The translations under genes were made by a program, and so were the position numbers. The notes beneath the pieces are model-generated. The model was not told where the DNA came from. It was given only the letters and a program-made list of their open reading frames with translations, and did no database searches. Positions 1-8,828 of a stretch of 64,000 nt of DNA are shown here, in pieces; within the stretch, counting starts at the first letter, position 1, and the number at the start of each line of letters is the position of its first letter. Source of the stretch: an uncultured cyanobacterium (GTDB lineage: Bacteria; Cyanobacteriota; Cyanobacteriia; Cyanobacteriales; CAWCAG01); NCBI GenBank assembly GCA_963793425.1, contig CAWCAG010000009.1, positions 1,007,037 to 1,071,036 of the forward strand, given 5' to 3'.

Positions 1-366
1 TTTATAGGGTACAGCGGGTACAGGGCGAACTTCTGCCCCTAGCGTCCTCAAAGCGTCCATTTTTTCTTGGGATTGGGTTTCGGGTATAGCGATTAAACAT
101 TTATAACCCTTAGCATTACAAATATGCGCTAAACCAATACCTGTATTACCTGCCGTACCCTCAACTACAGTCCCTCCTGGTTTAAGTAAGCCCTTTTCTT
201 CAGCATCTTTGATAATATACAAAGCTGCCCTGTCTTTTACCGATCCTCCAGGATTAAGAAACTCTGCTTTACCTAAAATTTCGCAACCTGTTTCCTCACT
301 AAAACTATTTAAACGAATGAGGGGGGTATTACCGATAGTATCTATGAAGCCGTTTTTAATATCCAT
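1..366 (-). CDS. Cysteine synthase / CysK-CysM family PLP enzyme, N-terminal part (gene runs off window start)
   Basis: My translation of the minus strand from ATG at 364-366 gives [20 protein letters not shown]...[21 protein letters not shown]...[16 protein letters not shown]. It has the PLP-lysine motif SVKDR and the GNTG loop. It is absent from the ORF track because the window edge truncates it. Confidence 0.8.
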   Translation of the reverse strand, partial: MDIKNGFIDTIGNTPLIRLNSFSEETGCEILGKAEFLNPGGSVKDRAALYIIKDAEEKGLLKPGGTVVEGTAGNTGIGLAHICNAKGYKCLIAIPETQSQEKMDALRTLGAEVRPVPAVPYK

Positions 367-570
367 ATTTTTATCTTTATAAATTACATAATTGGAAAAG
401 GGCGGACAATTAACTGCCCGCCCCTCTTAATTGAAGCAGGGCTTATCTTAATCTTAGATAAATTAAAGTTTCGAGAAGCTAGGAAAGTAGGATGATCAGG
501 ACTGACGCAGTGAAACGAAAAATCAATGGTTTCAGGCAGAGGATTACAGGCACTCTATCTCCCCATCTCC

Positions 571-1209
571 CTACTTATTAGGCTGAGGAGTCATGCGTAA
601 ATAAGGCTTCACTTCTTGATAACCTTTAGGGAATTTCTCTTTTAATACTTCAGGATCTTTCAAAGAAGGAACAATCACACAATCGCCCCCATCTTGCCAG
701 TTAACGGGAGTAGCGACTTGATGATGATCAGTGAGTTGTAAAGAATCTATGACCCGAAGAATCTCATCAAAGTTACGTCCTGTACTCGCAGGATAGGTAA
801 TAGTTAAGCGCAGCTTTTTGTTAGGATCTATGATGAAAACTGAACGTACAGTGAGAGTATTATCAGCCTGTGGGTGAATCATACCGTAGAGATCGGAAAC
901 TTTGCGGTCTGAATCTGCCAAAATTGGATAATTAACGCTGGTACTTTGAGTTTCGTCAATATCTTTGATCCAACCTAAATGAGATTTTGCATCATCTACA
1001 CTTAAAGCTATTACTTTAGTGTTGCGCTTCTCAAATTCTGGTTTGAGTTTAGCAACCATACCTAATTCGGTAGTACAAACGGGAGTATAGTCTGCTGGGT
1101 GAGAAAAAAGCACAACCCAGCTATCTCCAGCCCAATCATGAAAGGAGATTTCTCCTGCGCTAGAGTCTTGCTTAAAATCGGGTACTGTGTCGCCTAGTTG
1201 TAAAGCCAT
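571..1209 (-). CDS. 1-Cys peroxiredoxin (Prx6-type thiol peroxidase)
   Basis: Tracked ORF 571..1293. The conserved N-terminus MALQLGDTVPDF starts at ATG 1207-1209. The peroxidatic Cys motif HPADYTPVCTTELG is present. The 28 upstream codons of the tracked ORF look non-coding. Confidence 0.9.
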   Translation of the reverse strand: MALQLGDTVPDFKQDSSAGEISFHDWAGDSWVVLFSHPADYTPVCTTELGMVAKLKPEFEKRNTKVIALSVDDAKSHLGWIKDIDETQSTSVNYPILADSDRKVSDLYGMIHPQADNTLTVRSVFIIDPNKKLRLTITYPASTGRNFDEILRVIDSLQLTDHHQVATPVNWQDGGDCVIVPSLKDPEVLKEKFPKGYQEVKPYLRMTPQPNK

Positions 1210-1319
1210 AATACTTATTTCCTTGTCTATTGAGGAGCAGTTAAATTTTAAATAACGATTTTTAATCTTGCCATAAAACCATAGTATCCCCATAGGAATT
1301 TAGCTCTTTATTACAAAAG

Positions 1320-1615
1320 TTCGCACAAAGTCCATTGGTTTAGTATTGACATCCTCCCCGCTCTGTCCGCGCTTATGGTTGTAGTCTTACGCCTTCCTCC
1401 ACGTCCGTTTAAAACCTAGGGTGTCCCCCCGCGACCAGAATATTTACAGCAGCGTTAACATCTCTGTCATGAACTGCACCACAATTTAAGCAAGTCCATT
1501 CTCGAATGGAGAGTTCCTTCTTGCCACCTCTGAAACCGCAACAAGAGCATCTTTGTGATGTTGGTTCCCATCTATATCTGGCTTTCATGTTGGCTGCAAC
1601 AGTTGCTATTCGCAA
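1320..1615 (-). mobile_element. IS200/IS605-family TnpB (OrfB) 3' remnant plus adjacent right-end region
   Basis: The 68-aa ORF 1409..1615 is only the C-terminal Zn-finger/RuvC-III part of TnpB (CSCCGF...[18 protein letters not shown]). It begins at a non-ATG codon, the N-terminal ~300 aa are missing, and no tnpA is nearby. Confidence 0.75.
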
Positions 1616-1701
1616 ATTATGTTTATAATACCTAAAAAAATCAATTAATCGGCCCTAAATCGGCGGAGTTTTAAACCTTTTTTTGTTTTGATAAATGTTT
1701 A

Positions 1702-2082
1702 ATGATAAATGAAAAGATAATTCTTATTGGCCCAATCAGTGCTGGAAAGTCCACAATCGGAGAACTTTTAGCCGCAAAACTTGCCCTTCCTCAACATTCA
1801 ATGGATGAAAAACGTTGGGACTATTACCGAGAAATTGATTATGACGAAGAATTTGTTAAACAAAAGCAAGAAGCTGATGATTATTGGGGAGTACAACATT
1901 ATTGGAAATCCTTTGAAGCCCATGCTGTAGAAAGGCTACTCTCAGAATATAATCAAGGAATTGTTGATTTTGGGGCAGGACATTCAGTCTATGAAGATAA
2001 GGCACTTTTCCAGAAAGTACAACAGACTTTAAATCCCTATAAAAACGTCAAAAAGAAACAGATACATAAAACAAGCCTATAA
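1702..2082 (+). CDS. P-loop NTPase, shikimate-kinase-like AAA domain protein, probably 3'-truncated
   Basis: Walker A motif GPISAGKST lies near the N-terminus. At 126 aa it is shorter than usual for such kinases. It ends in a lysine-rich tail (KKKQIHKTSL) just before a heptamer-repeat tract. Confidence 0.5.
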   Translation: MINEKIILIGPISAGKSTIGELLAAKLALPQHSMDEKRWDYYREIDYDEEFVKQKQEADDYWGVQHYWKSFEAHAVERLLSEYNQGIVDFGAGHSVYEDKALFQKVQQTLNPYKNVKKKQIHKTSL

Positions 2083-2146
2083 AGCTAAGTAATACAAATC
2101 CGGGTACTTCAGTACCCTTACAAAATCCAGGAATGAAGTTCTCAAA

Positions 2147-2181
2147 CCCTACTCCCTACTCCCTGCTCCCTGCTCCCTCCC
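2147..2181. repeat. Heptamer tandem repeat (CCCTACT/CCCTGCT units), STRR-type
   Basis: Direct reading: ccctactccctactccctgctccctgctccctccc, in the intergenic DNA. Confidence 0.8.
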
Positions 2182-2240
2182 ATAACAGATAAGTCATGCC
2201 ACTCAACGGGATTTAGTATAACTATAAAATGCCCAACTAC

Positions 2241-3281
2241 TTAGGTATTTTTAACAAGAAGATAAACAAAATAAGGTGTACCGATTAAAGCAGTAATAAT
2301 GCCACAGGGAAGTTCTATAGGGGCAAATAAAATCCTCCCTAAAAAATCTGCCATAACCACAATTGTTGCTCCTATCATTGCGGCTATAGGAATTAAACTT
2401 TCATGGAGATTTCCTACTAATTGACGGGCAAGATGAGGGGCAATTAAACCTACAAAACCAATGGATCCTGCGGTAGCGACTGCTGCACCAGCGAGGGCAG
2501 CACTAATTAGCAATAAAAGACTGAATTCTAATTCTACTTTAGTTCCCAAACCTTTAGCTATTTCTTCTCCTAAATTCAAGGTATTTAATTGGGGTGCTTT
2601 AAATAAAGCTAAGGGAATAAAAACCAATAACCAAAGTGATAAGTAAAATACCTGTTCCCAACTACAACCATAAACACTTCCCGCCAACCAAACTAAAGCC
2701 TGACTAACATTATTAATTTCTCCAAATGTAACTATTAAGTTCGTCATGGCATTAACTACTGCGGCAATGCCCACACCAACTAAAATAAGTCGTACCGGAT
2801 GGGTTCCTTTTTCCCAAGCGAGGAAGTAAATTAATACTGAAGTTAGCAAAGCACCACCACCAGCAGCTAAAGGTAAGATGCCCACTGGAATATCAGGAAA
2901 AACCACAATTAAACTCACTGCTGCCAAACTTGCCCCAGCATTGACACCAATGATTCCTGGGGCAGCAAGGGCATTGCGAGTTATGCCTTGCAGGATTGTA
3001 CCAGAAATCCCTAAAGCGATACCAACTAGTGCTGCAGTTAAACTTCTGGGTAAGCGCAACGTCTTGATAACAAAAGCATAATCGCTATTTCCTGTTTCTA
3101 TACCGAAGATAGTTTGCACCACTGCCAGGGGAGGGATCGGATATTCCCCCCAGGAAGCATTGATTACTATTATTGTTAAAGTAATGAGACTTAAAGTTAG
3201 TAAGACAAAGACAAAATGCCGTTGAAAACGGAAAGATATAGGCAATATCTTGCCTCTAAAAATGATGGTACTGGTTTTCAT
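2241..3281 (-). CDS. FecCD-family ABC transporter permease (iron-siderophore/cobalamin type)
   Basis: 346 aa, polytopic and glycine/alanine-rich, with the typical FecCD C-terminal block (LPCGIITALIGTPYFVYLL). No cognate ATPase or binding-protein gene is adjacent. Confidence 0.8.
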   Translation of the reverse strand: MKTSTIIFRGKILPISFRFQRHFVFVLLTLSLITLTIIVINASWGEYPIPPLAVVQTIFGIETGNSDYAFVIKTLRLPRSLTAALVGIALGISGTILQGITRNALAAPGIIGVNAGASLAAVSLIVVFPDIPVGILPLAAGGGALLTSVLIYFLAWEKGTHPVRLILVGVGIAAVVNAMTNLIVTFGEINNVSQALVWLAGSVYGCSWEQVFYLSLWLLVFIPLALFKAPQLNTLNLGEEIAKGLGTKVELEFSLLLLISAALAGAAVATAGSIGFVGLIAPHLARQLVGNLHESLIPIAAMIGATIVVMADFLGRILFAPIELPCGIITALIGTPYFVYLLVKNT

Positions 3282-3367
3282 GCCAACTTAAGAATTACTA
3301 TGACAAATCTTTCTTCCCGTTAGTAGCTAAAAAATCTTTCATTTTTTGAATTATTCATCGTCTTAAA

Positions 3368-5299
3368 TTAAATCTTCAACATTCCTTGCGGGTTTACCGT
3401 TAATAATTCCTTTCTCTGCAAACCTTCTTGGTGCAAAATAGCATTAGCTGCTAACAAGCCGCTACTAACAGCCCTTTCCATTAAACCGCAAGGAAATGGC
3501 ATTTTCACCCAGTCTCCTGCAAAAGCTAAGTTAGGAACTTTGGTAGCAGTTTCAGGGCGATTATGGTAACTGTTGGGGGGATAACCAGAGAAGTTTTTCT
3601 GGTTAACTAATTCCCGATGTAACATCTGACTATTTTTTAATTCAGGTACAATTTGATATAACTCTTCTTCAAAAGTTGCTAACAAACTTTCCTGAGTAGG
3701 AAATTCCTTTTCTTTATAACAGTAAGCGTGTAATTCCACCACGCTTCCTCCGGTTTTTTTGCTCCAAGCAATAAACTGTTCTTGGATGCGATGGTAAAGA
3801 GTAATACTATCAGTTAAACTATAGCCAGAAAGGGAAGTAAACCAACTATGTTCCCAATCAAAATCTTCGTCAAACCAGAAACGTGCTACAGCAAAGGGAT
3901 CAGCAACAGCTAAACTATTAACTTGCGAAGCTACTTCTGCTTCTACATCTCCTGTCATGATTTGGAATAAATGTTTGGTTCCAGGAACATTGGTAGCCAT
4001 GACATAATAATCAGCACTAATTGTCTTTTTTCTGGTTTTTAATTCAGAATTTGCTGCTACTAATTGCACTTGCTCTTCTTGATATTCAGCAATCTGAAAA
4101 GAAGCTAAATCACGCTTAGCAGGGCCATTAATCACTTTGCCTTGTTGGTTATATAAAGCACCGTGACAAGGACAAAGAAACTCTCCATTAACTTGGGGTT
4201 GAACAGTACAACCTTGGTGAGTGCAAGTTAAGGAAATAGCTTTATCTTCCCCTCGCAGAAGATAAACATTATCCCCCGCACCATAATATTTTTTCCCTAA
4301 CAAAAGGTTACTCTTTACCCAAAAAGGAACCTCTGTTTGAGCATCACCTTCATAATAACTAAGGGAGTTAATTTTTCCCCCTTGCCAATTAATTTCACTT
4401 ACCGTAGCTTCCGGAACAATTTCCCCCCCTTTCTCTTTAATTGCCTTAGCCATAGGTTCCACTAAACTTGTTCCCATGTCCTGTTTAGTACCATTAAAAG
4501 CTAAACCTTCAGGATTACCAAAAAAGTAGAAGTGGAAAAATTGTAATAATTCTCCGGCACTAAGTACATCCGGTGCATTTAAACTAGATTTCGCAAAAGG
4601 TAAGAAATATAAATCGTAAAGTCCTTGAGGAAAACCTCTTTCTATCCAATCTGTGACAGAAATACTATCAAAGTTATTGAAAGTTTTAGGAATTCTAAAA
4701 CTAGTAATAGCCCGAAATACCTGAAGATGACTCATTTTAGTTAAATTAATGCCCCAATGCAAACGGTTAGGAGAGGAAATTGCTAAATCAACAATGTTCC
4801 AAGGAAAGGCCGAGTTACTAGGACGAAATACTTCAGGATCATACTTTTCTTTGTTGAAGACTAAAGAGTAGAATCCTAATGATTTGAAATTATCGGCGAT
4901 CGCCAGTTTTTCCACCAAGCCATTAAGATTATAATATTGAGGAAAAAAGCCATGGAAACCGTGTTCCATAATAAACTCTTCCTCCCCAACTTTAATAGGC
5001 CAACTGGCAATTTTCCCTCCTAAATTAGGAGATTTTTCTAACAAAGTTACAGCAAAACCACGCTGACTTAATTCATAAGCACAGGCTAAACCTGCTAACC
5101 CTGCGCCAACAACAACAACCTTTTTCGATTGAGTAATTGTATAGGGAAGGGTTAAGCTATCCTGCTTAAATACCGTCGGTTGAGGCTTAACAAAGCGAGA
5201 ATAACCTACTGCTCCGCCGATGGCTCCTATACCTAATAATTTTAAGGCTGTACGTCGAGAAACGGGCAACGAAGAGGAAAAATCTGACAATTGACTCAT
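3368..5299 (-). CDS. FAD-dependent oxidoreductase (phytoene-desaturase-like) with embedded Rieske 2Fe-2S domain and Tat-type signal
   Basis: Twin-arginine leader SRRTALKLLGIGAIGG; dinucleotide fold VVVVGAGLAGLACAYEL; Rieske ligand boxes CTHQGC and CPCHGA. The architecture recalls Sll0254-type carotenoid enzymes (from memory, unverified). Confidence 0.7.
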   Translation of the reverse strand: MSQLSDFSSSLPVSRRTALKLLGIGAIGGAVGYSRFVKPQPTVFKQDSLTLPYTITQSKKVVVVGAGLAGLACAYELSQRGFAVTLLEKSPNLGGKIASWPIKVGEEEFIMEHGFHGFFPQYYNLNGLVEKLAIADNFKSLGFYSLVFNKEKYDPEVFRPSNSAFPWNIVDLAISSPNRLHWGINLTKMSHLQVFRAITSFRIPKTFNNFDSISVTDWIERGFPQGLYDLYFLPFAKSSLNAPDVLSAGELLQFFHFYFFGNPEGLAFNGTKQDMGTSLVEPMAKAIKEKGGEIVPEATVSEINWQGGKINSLSYYEGDAQTEVPFWVKSNLLLGKKYYGAGDNVYLLRGEDKAISLTCTHQGCTVQPQVNGEFLCPCHGALYNQQGKVINGPAKRDLASFQIAEYQEEQVQLVAANSELKTRKKTISADYYVMATNVPGTKHLFQIMTGDVEAEVASQVNSLAVADPFAVARFWFDEDFDWEHSWFTSLSGYSLTDSITLYHRIQEQFIAWSKKTGGSVVELHAYCYKEKEFPTQESLLATFEEELYQIVPELKNSQMLHRELVNQKNFSGYPPNSYHNRPETATKVPNLAFAGDWVKMPFPCGLMERAVSSGLLAANAILHQEGLQRKELLTVNPQGMLKI

Positions 5300-5556
5300 T
5301 AGCAGTTATAAAATAGAAGTTATTGCTTATTGTTGAGTTGTTTTCTGGCAATAACTAATATTTTACTAAATTTTCAATTTTCTCGTCGGTATCGCTTGTT
5401 TTTTGCCAATAAGAGTTAGATATCCCAGGCGAAAATCGTGGTTTTTGCTAATAGCTAGTGGAAGCATAGAAATAGACCAAATGTACCTCATGAGTCTAAG
5501 AATTGCGATAAAACTACTTATTATTTGTTACTTATTACTTATTACTTAAACTAAAG

Positions 5557-5638
5557 TGGGCAAGGAGAGACTCGAACTCTCATGACCGGGGCCGCCACAT
5601 TTTGAGTGTGGTGCGTCTACCAATTCCGCCACTTGCCC
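5557..5638 (-). tRNA. tRNA-Leu(CAA): tRNA-Leu (anticodon CAA), class II with long variable arm; CCA not encoded
   Basis: The reverse complement folds by eye. Acceptor GGGCAAG/CTTGCCC; anticodon stem CCACA/TGTGG with loop CTCAAAA; T arm GAGAG-TTCGAGT-CTCTC; long variable arm. Confidence 0.9.
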
Positions 5639-6492
5639 TTAGCATTGTCTTTATCATTATAATCTTTTTCGCGCAATTGCATCAAAGTTTGATATTGATT
5701 AGAGCTAGCCCAGCGATCTATTTTCTCTGCCCGAATCACGGGGACTGGGTGGGTTAATTGGGCTGTCTGAGCAGTTTTGAGCATTTCCCCAAGCTGAGTT
5801 TCTCCCACCGCATCATAAGCCCTTGCTTGCTCAATAAAAGCGTCCAAATTCAATTGAGGAGCGAGTTTAGGGGAACCCCCGGCTAACTTCATTAATACCG
5901 ACATCACCACTTTGGGATCTTGAGTTGCTAAAAGTGCTGCGCGATCGCAACTAAATTCTGCACAACGTACCCATTCCTGCATTTGTTCTTGGATATTTTG
6001 AGCAATAACCGTTCCCCAAACAGGCAGGAAATTAGCAGCTAAGGCGAGAATGTTCGCTAACGTTAGGTATACTCCATGTTCACATTTGAGATGACCCAAC
6101 TCGTGAGCAATTACCGCCTGAATCTCTTCTGGAGTGAGCATATCTATCAAAGAAGTGTGCATCACCATAAAAGGCTGCCTCCCTCGCATCGCCAAGGTAT
6201 AAGCATTAGGGGCAGGATTTTGTTGTACATAAAGTTGAGGCGGTTCTAAATCGAGAACTTCGCAAGCTTCAATGAGTAGCTTATGGAGGTGAGGCAGTTG
6301 CTTTTCGCTAACTTGGACACTAGAAGCGATATTGTTCAAGAAAAAGAACTGTTCGGCCACCGAACCAATTATACTTCTAATCGCTACGTCCAAACCTGGT
6401 ATTTGCTTTAAGCTTCTGGTGGCTTGCAAATCCAAAGGATGGCGAAATTCGTCGGCTTTAAGACCAATTAGTAGAGTTTTAGTAAATTCCAT
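5617..6492 (-). CDS. M48-family zinc metallopeptidase (soluble, PGM48-like)
   Basis: HEXXH motif AHELGHLKCEH. The likely start is MEFTKTLL (ATG 6490-6492). The 33 further N-terminal codons of the tracked ORF are encoded by heptamer repeats. The stop codon (5617-5619) lies inside the tRNA-Leu gene. Confidence 0.8.
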   Translation of the reverse strand: MEFTKTLLIGLKADEFRHPLDLQATRSLKQIPGLDVAIRSIIGSVAEQFFFLNNIASSVQVSEKQLPHLHKLLIEACEVLDLEPPQLYVQQNPAPNAYTLAMRGRQPFMVMHTSLIDMLTPEEIQAVIAHELGHLKCEHGVYLTLANILALAANFLPVWGTVIAQNIQEQMQEWVRCAEFSCDRAALLATQDPKVVMSVLMKLAGGSPKLAPQLNLDAFIEQARAYDAVGETQLGEMLKTAQTAQLTHPVPVIRAEKIDRWASSNQYQTLMQLREKDYNDKDNAKGKWRNW

Positions 6493-6498
6493 TGTAGG

Positions 6499-6618
6499 GG
6501 GAGGCTGGGGAGATAGGGAGCTGGGGAGATAGGGAGCTGGGGAGCTAGGGTGATGGGGAGCTAGGGTGATGGGGAGAAAACTATTAGCCATTAGCCACTA
6601 GCCATTAGCAATTAGTAA
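6499..6618. repeat. Two adjacent heptamer-type repeat tracts (GGGGAGMTAGGGAGCT-like units, then GCCATTA/GCCACTA units)
   Basis: Direct reading: ggggagatagggagctggggagatagggagctggggagctagggtgatggggagctagggtgatggggag, followed by ctattagccattagccactagccattagcaattag. Confidence 0.8.
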
Positions 6619-6975
6619 TTAAACCCCAAAAGATTTACCGCAACCACAGGTTTGATTGGCATTGGGGTTAGTAAATTGGAAACCACCACCAATTAAGGCA
6701 TCACTATAATCAAGCATTAAGCCATAAAGGTAAAGAATACTTTTGGGATCACAAATGATTTTGAAGCCATTGTAATCAAAAACCTCATCATTATCGCGAA
6801 TCTTATTAGGCTCTTCAAAATCCATCATATAGGACATTCCGGAACAACCACCATTGCGTACACCTACCCGCAAACAGAGGTCTTTTCCTTGTTGGTTTCT
6901 CAGCATCATGACGTGCTTGAGAGCATTTTCTGATAATTGAATCCCTTTTTGAGGTAGCTTAGTTGCTTGTGTCAT
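6619..6975 (-). CDS. Iron-sulfur cluster insertion/assembly protein, IscA/SufA/HesB family
   Basis: 118 aa, with the C-terminal CGCGKSF motif and the upstream conserved Cys (GGCSG). Confidence 0.9.
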   Translation of the reverse strand: MTQATKLPQKGIQLSENALKHVMMLRNQQGKDLCLRVGVRNGGCSGMSYMMDFEEPNKIRDNDEVFDYNGFKIICDPKSILYLYGLMLDYSDALIGGGFQFTNPNANQTCGCGKSFGV

Positions 6976-7180
6976 CTGTATGAGTAACTCCTAAATTATT
7001 TTGATCTGCTGAGTTAAATTTTAGTATCCCGATAATCTTATACTTCTATTTTAACTGGGAATTTTGCCAAGGAATTTCTAGATGTCAAGGAAAAAGTTGG
7101 TTTGTTTCTTATACTAACTACATACCAATAGGAAACTGGCTTGATAGAAAACCTTTTTTCCATGCAACTGACGAGGTTCT

Positions 7181-8818
7181 ATGAGCGCTCTAAATCCCAC
7201 GACCAAGCGTCGTCTCAAGAAAATACCCCAAATCAATAGTGTTTGGGAAGGTGATTGTCGTCCCTTATCAATTTTAGCCAAAAAAATTGACCCAGATGCC
7301 CAAGGGAACGAACAATGTATTATTTGGGTAGATGGCTCAGAAGGTATTGTTAGAGCTATGGACTTGGTTTCCCCAGAAATGGGACAAGAAGCCATTGTAC
7401 GCACTTTGTTAAGGGCGATAGAAACCCCTCAAAGCCCAGCCTCACCAGCCCGCCCCCAAAAGATTATCTTGCGCGATCGCGAAATTCAATTTCTGCTGCG
7501 AGGAGTTTTACAAGGTTTAGATATCAGCGTTGATTATGTTCCTCAACTACCTGTTATAGAAGAGTTTTTCCATGGTATTGACTCCCTTAGCGACAACAGC
7601 CCTCCTACTATCCCTTCTCAGTATCAAGAATTGTTATGGAAAACTGCTGAGGAGATTTGGCAAGAAGCTCCTTGGGAAGTACTCGCAGATCACAATATCA
7701 TTGCCATCAAGCTGAATCGCTGGGATACTGATACCCTCTATGTTTCTGTCATGGGAATGTTGGGGAGGGAGTATGGAGTTCTCTTTTACCGTTCCTTAGA
7801 ATCTCTGCGCCGCTTTCGTGCTGCCGTTGTCGCGGAAGAATCTTTAGAGCGATTAGAAAGTGCTTTTTTAGCCCAAGATTGTTGGTTCGTTAACTTTGAG
7901 TTCCCTGAAGAAGAGCTAGAAACTGAAGATAATTTAGTTACTTTAAATTTAGCAGATGCTCATCCTCGCTTCGGCAGCATACATCCTTATGAGGGAATGC
8001 GACCTTTTTTGGATGAAGAAGAAGCTTTGGTGGTTTATGTCGCCCTCAAAGCCTTAGCAAGGTTCATGAATAAGCATTATGATCTTTTAGATAGCGATGA
8101 TTTTGAAGCTTTTAGCAAGAGTTACCGCATTCCTCTCCCTGAAGGTCAGTCACAAAAAACGGTGGCTATAGAAGTTTCTACTATGCCAGAGTTGTCTTCT
8201 GAGTTGTTTAGCTTGATGGAACAAGCTGAATTAGATGAGTTTGATTCAGAAGAAGAAGATTCCATACCTTTACAAAGTGACTTAATTCCTGAAGATGCTT
8301 GGCGCAGTTTGGGAATGGTTTCTCCTCAGTGGCTAGAGGCGGTACGTAAAAATAGCAAGAAGTATTACCAATCTCAAGAAGCACCCCAACTAGAAGAAGG
8401 AATGCCGGCGATTTTAGTGCAAACCTCTCTACCTAAAGCTAAAGCTATTATGGAGCAAATCAAAGCTGATGGAGGATTAAAAGCAATTTGTTTCAACCCA
8501 GGAGAAGATCCCTCAACGGAAACAAATTATGAGTTGGGAATGTTACAAGCTGCCAATGGCAATTTGTACTTATTTGGGGAGTTTGTGAGCGAAGATCCCG
8601 CTTTTAGTAAAGACCTGTGGCAATGGCAAAAAAACTGTCAAAGTAATAAAAACTATTGTAGTTTTATTCTCGCTAGAGGTTTAAGGGGGGCTTCTCGCGG
8701 TAACCCTCAAATTTCTGATCTGGTGGCTTTATTTGAAGTTAAAGTCATTTCTGCCCAGGAATTGGGTATAGGAATGTTGCAACTAACCCCTCAAATCAGT
8801 TTTGAATTAGATTGGTGA
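7181..8818 (+). CDS. Conserved hypothetical protein (545 aa)
   Basis: Long uninterrupted ORF with an ATG start and an acidic central region. I recognise no catalytic motif. Confidence 0.6.
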   Translation: MSALNPTTKRRLKKIPQINSVWEGDCRPLSILAKKIDPDAQGNEQCIIWVDGSEGIVRAMDLVSPEMGQEAIVRTLLRAIETPQSPASPARPQKIILRDREIQFLLRGVLQGLDISVDYVPQLPVIEEFFHGIDSLSDNSPPTIPSQYQELLWKTAEEIWQEAPWEVLADHNIIAIKLNRWDTDTLYVSVMGMLGREYGVLFYRSLESLRRFRAAVVAEESLERLESAFLAQDCWFVNFEFPEEELETEDNLVTLNLADAHPRFGSIHPYEGMRPFLDEEEALVVYVALKALARFMNKHYDLLDSDDFEAFSKSYRIPLPEGQSQKTVAIEVSTMPELSSELFSLMEQAELDEFDSEEEDSIPLQSDLIPEDAWRSLGMVSPQWLEAVRKNSKKYYQSQEAPQLEEGMPAILVQTSLPKAKAIMEQIKADGGLKAICFNPGEDPSTETNYELGMLQAANGNLYLFGEFVSEDPAFSKDLWQWQKNCQSNKNYCSFILARGLRGASRGNPQISDLVALFEVKVISAQELGIGMLQLTPQISFELDW

Positions 8819-8828
8819 TTATCAATGA

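Noticed and set aside
1210-1293. N-terminal 28-codon extension of the peroxiredoxin ORF
   Set aside because: The extension is AT-rich and non-conserved in style (MGILWFYGKIKNRYLKFN...). The canonical Prx N-terminus starts at MALQLGD.
2461-3081. Plus-strand ORFs 2461-2646 and 2878-3081 inside the permease gene; similar antisense ORFs occur inside the gyrA-family, UPF0182, CHAT, M16 and aroF genes
   Set aside because: All are short, fully nested antisense or off-frame ORFs within long motif-supported genes. Their alanine/proline/arginine-rich composition is typical of artefacts.
2241-3281. Orphan FecCD permease (and the ABC-2 permease at 23680) as signs of a novel transporter
   Set aside because: Partner genes encoded elsewhere are common for ABC systems. 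Nothing in the sequence itself is unusual.
7114-7404. 96-aa minus-strand ORF overlapping the start of gene 7181
   Set aside because: It overlaps a longer, better-supported ORF. It has no ribosome-binding site or recognisable motif, and its composition looks like an antisense artefact.
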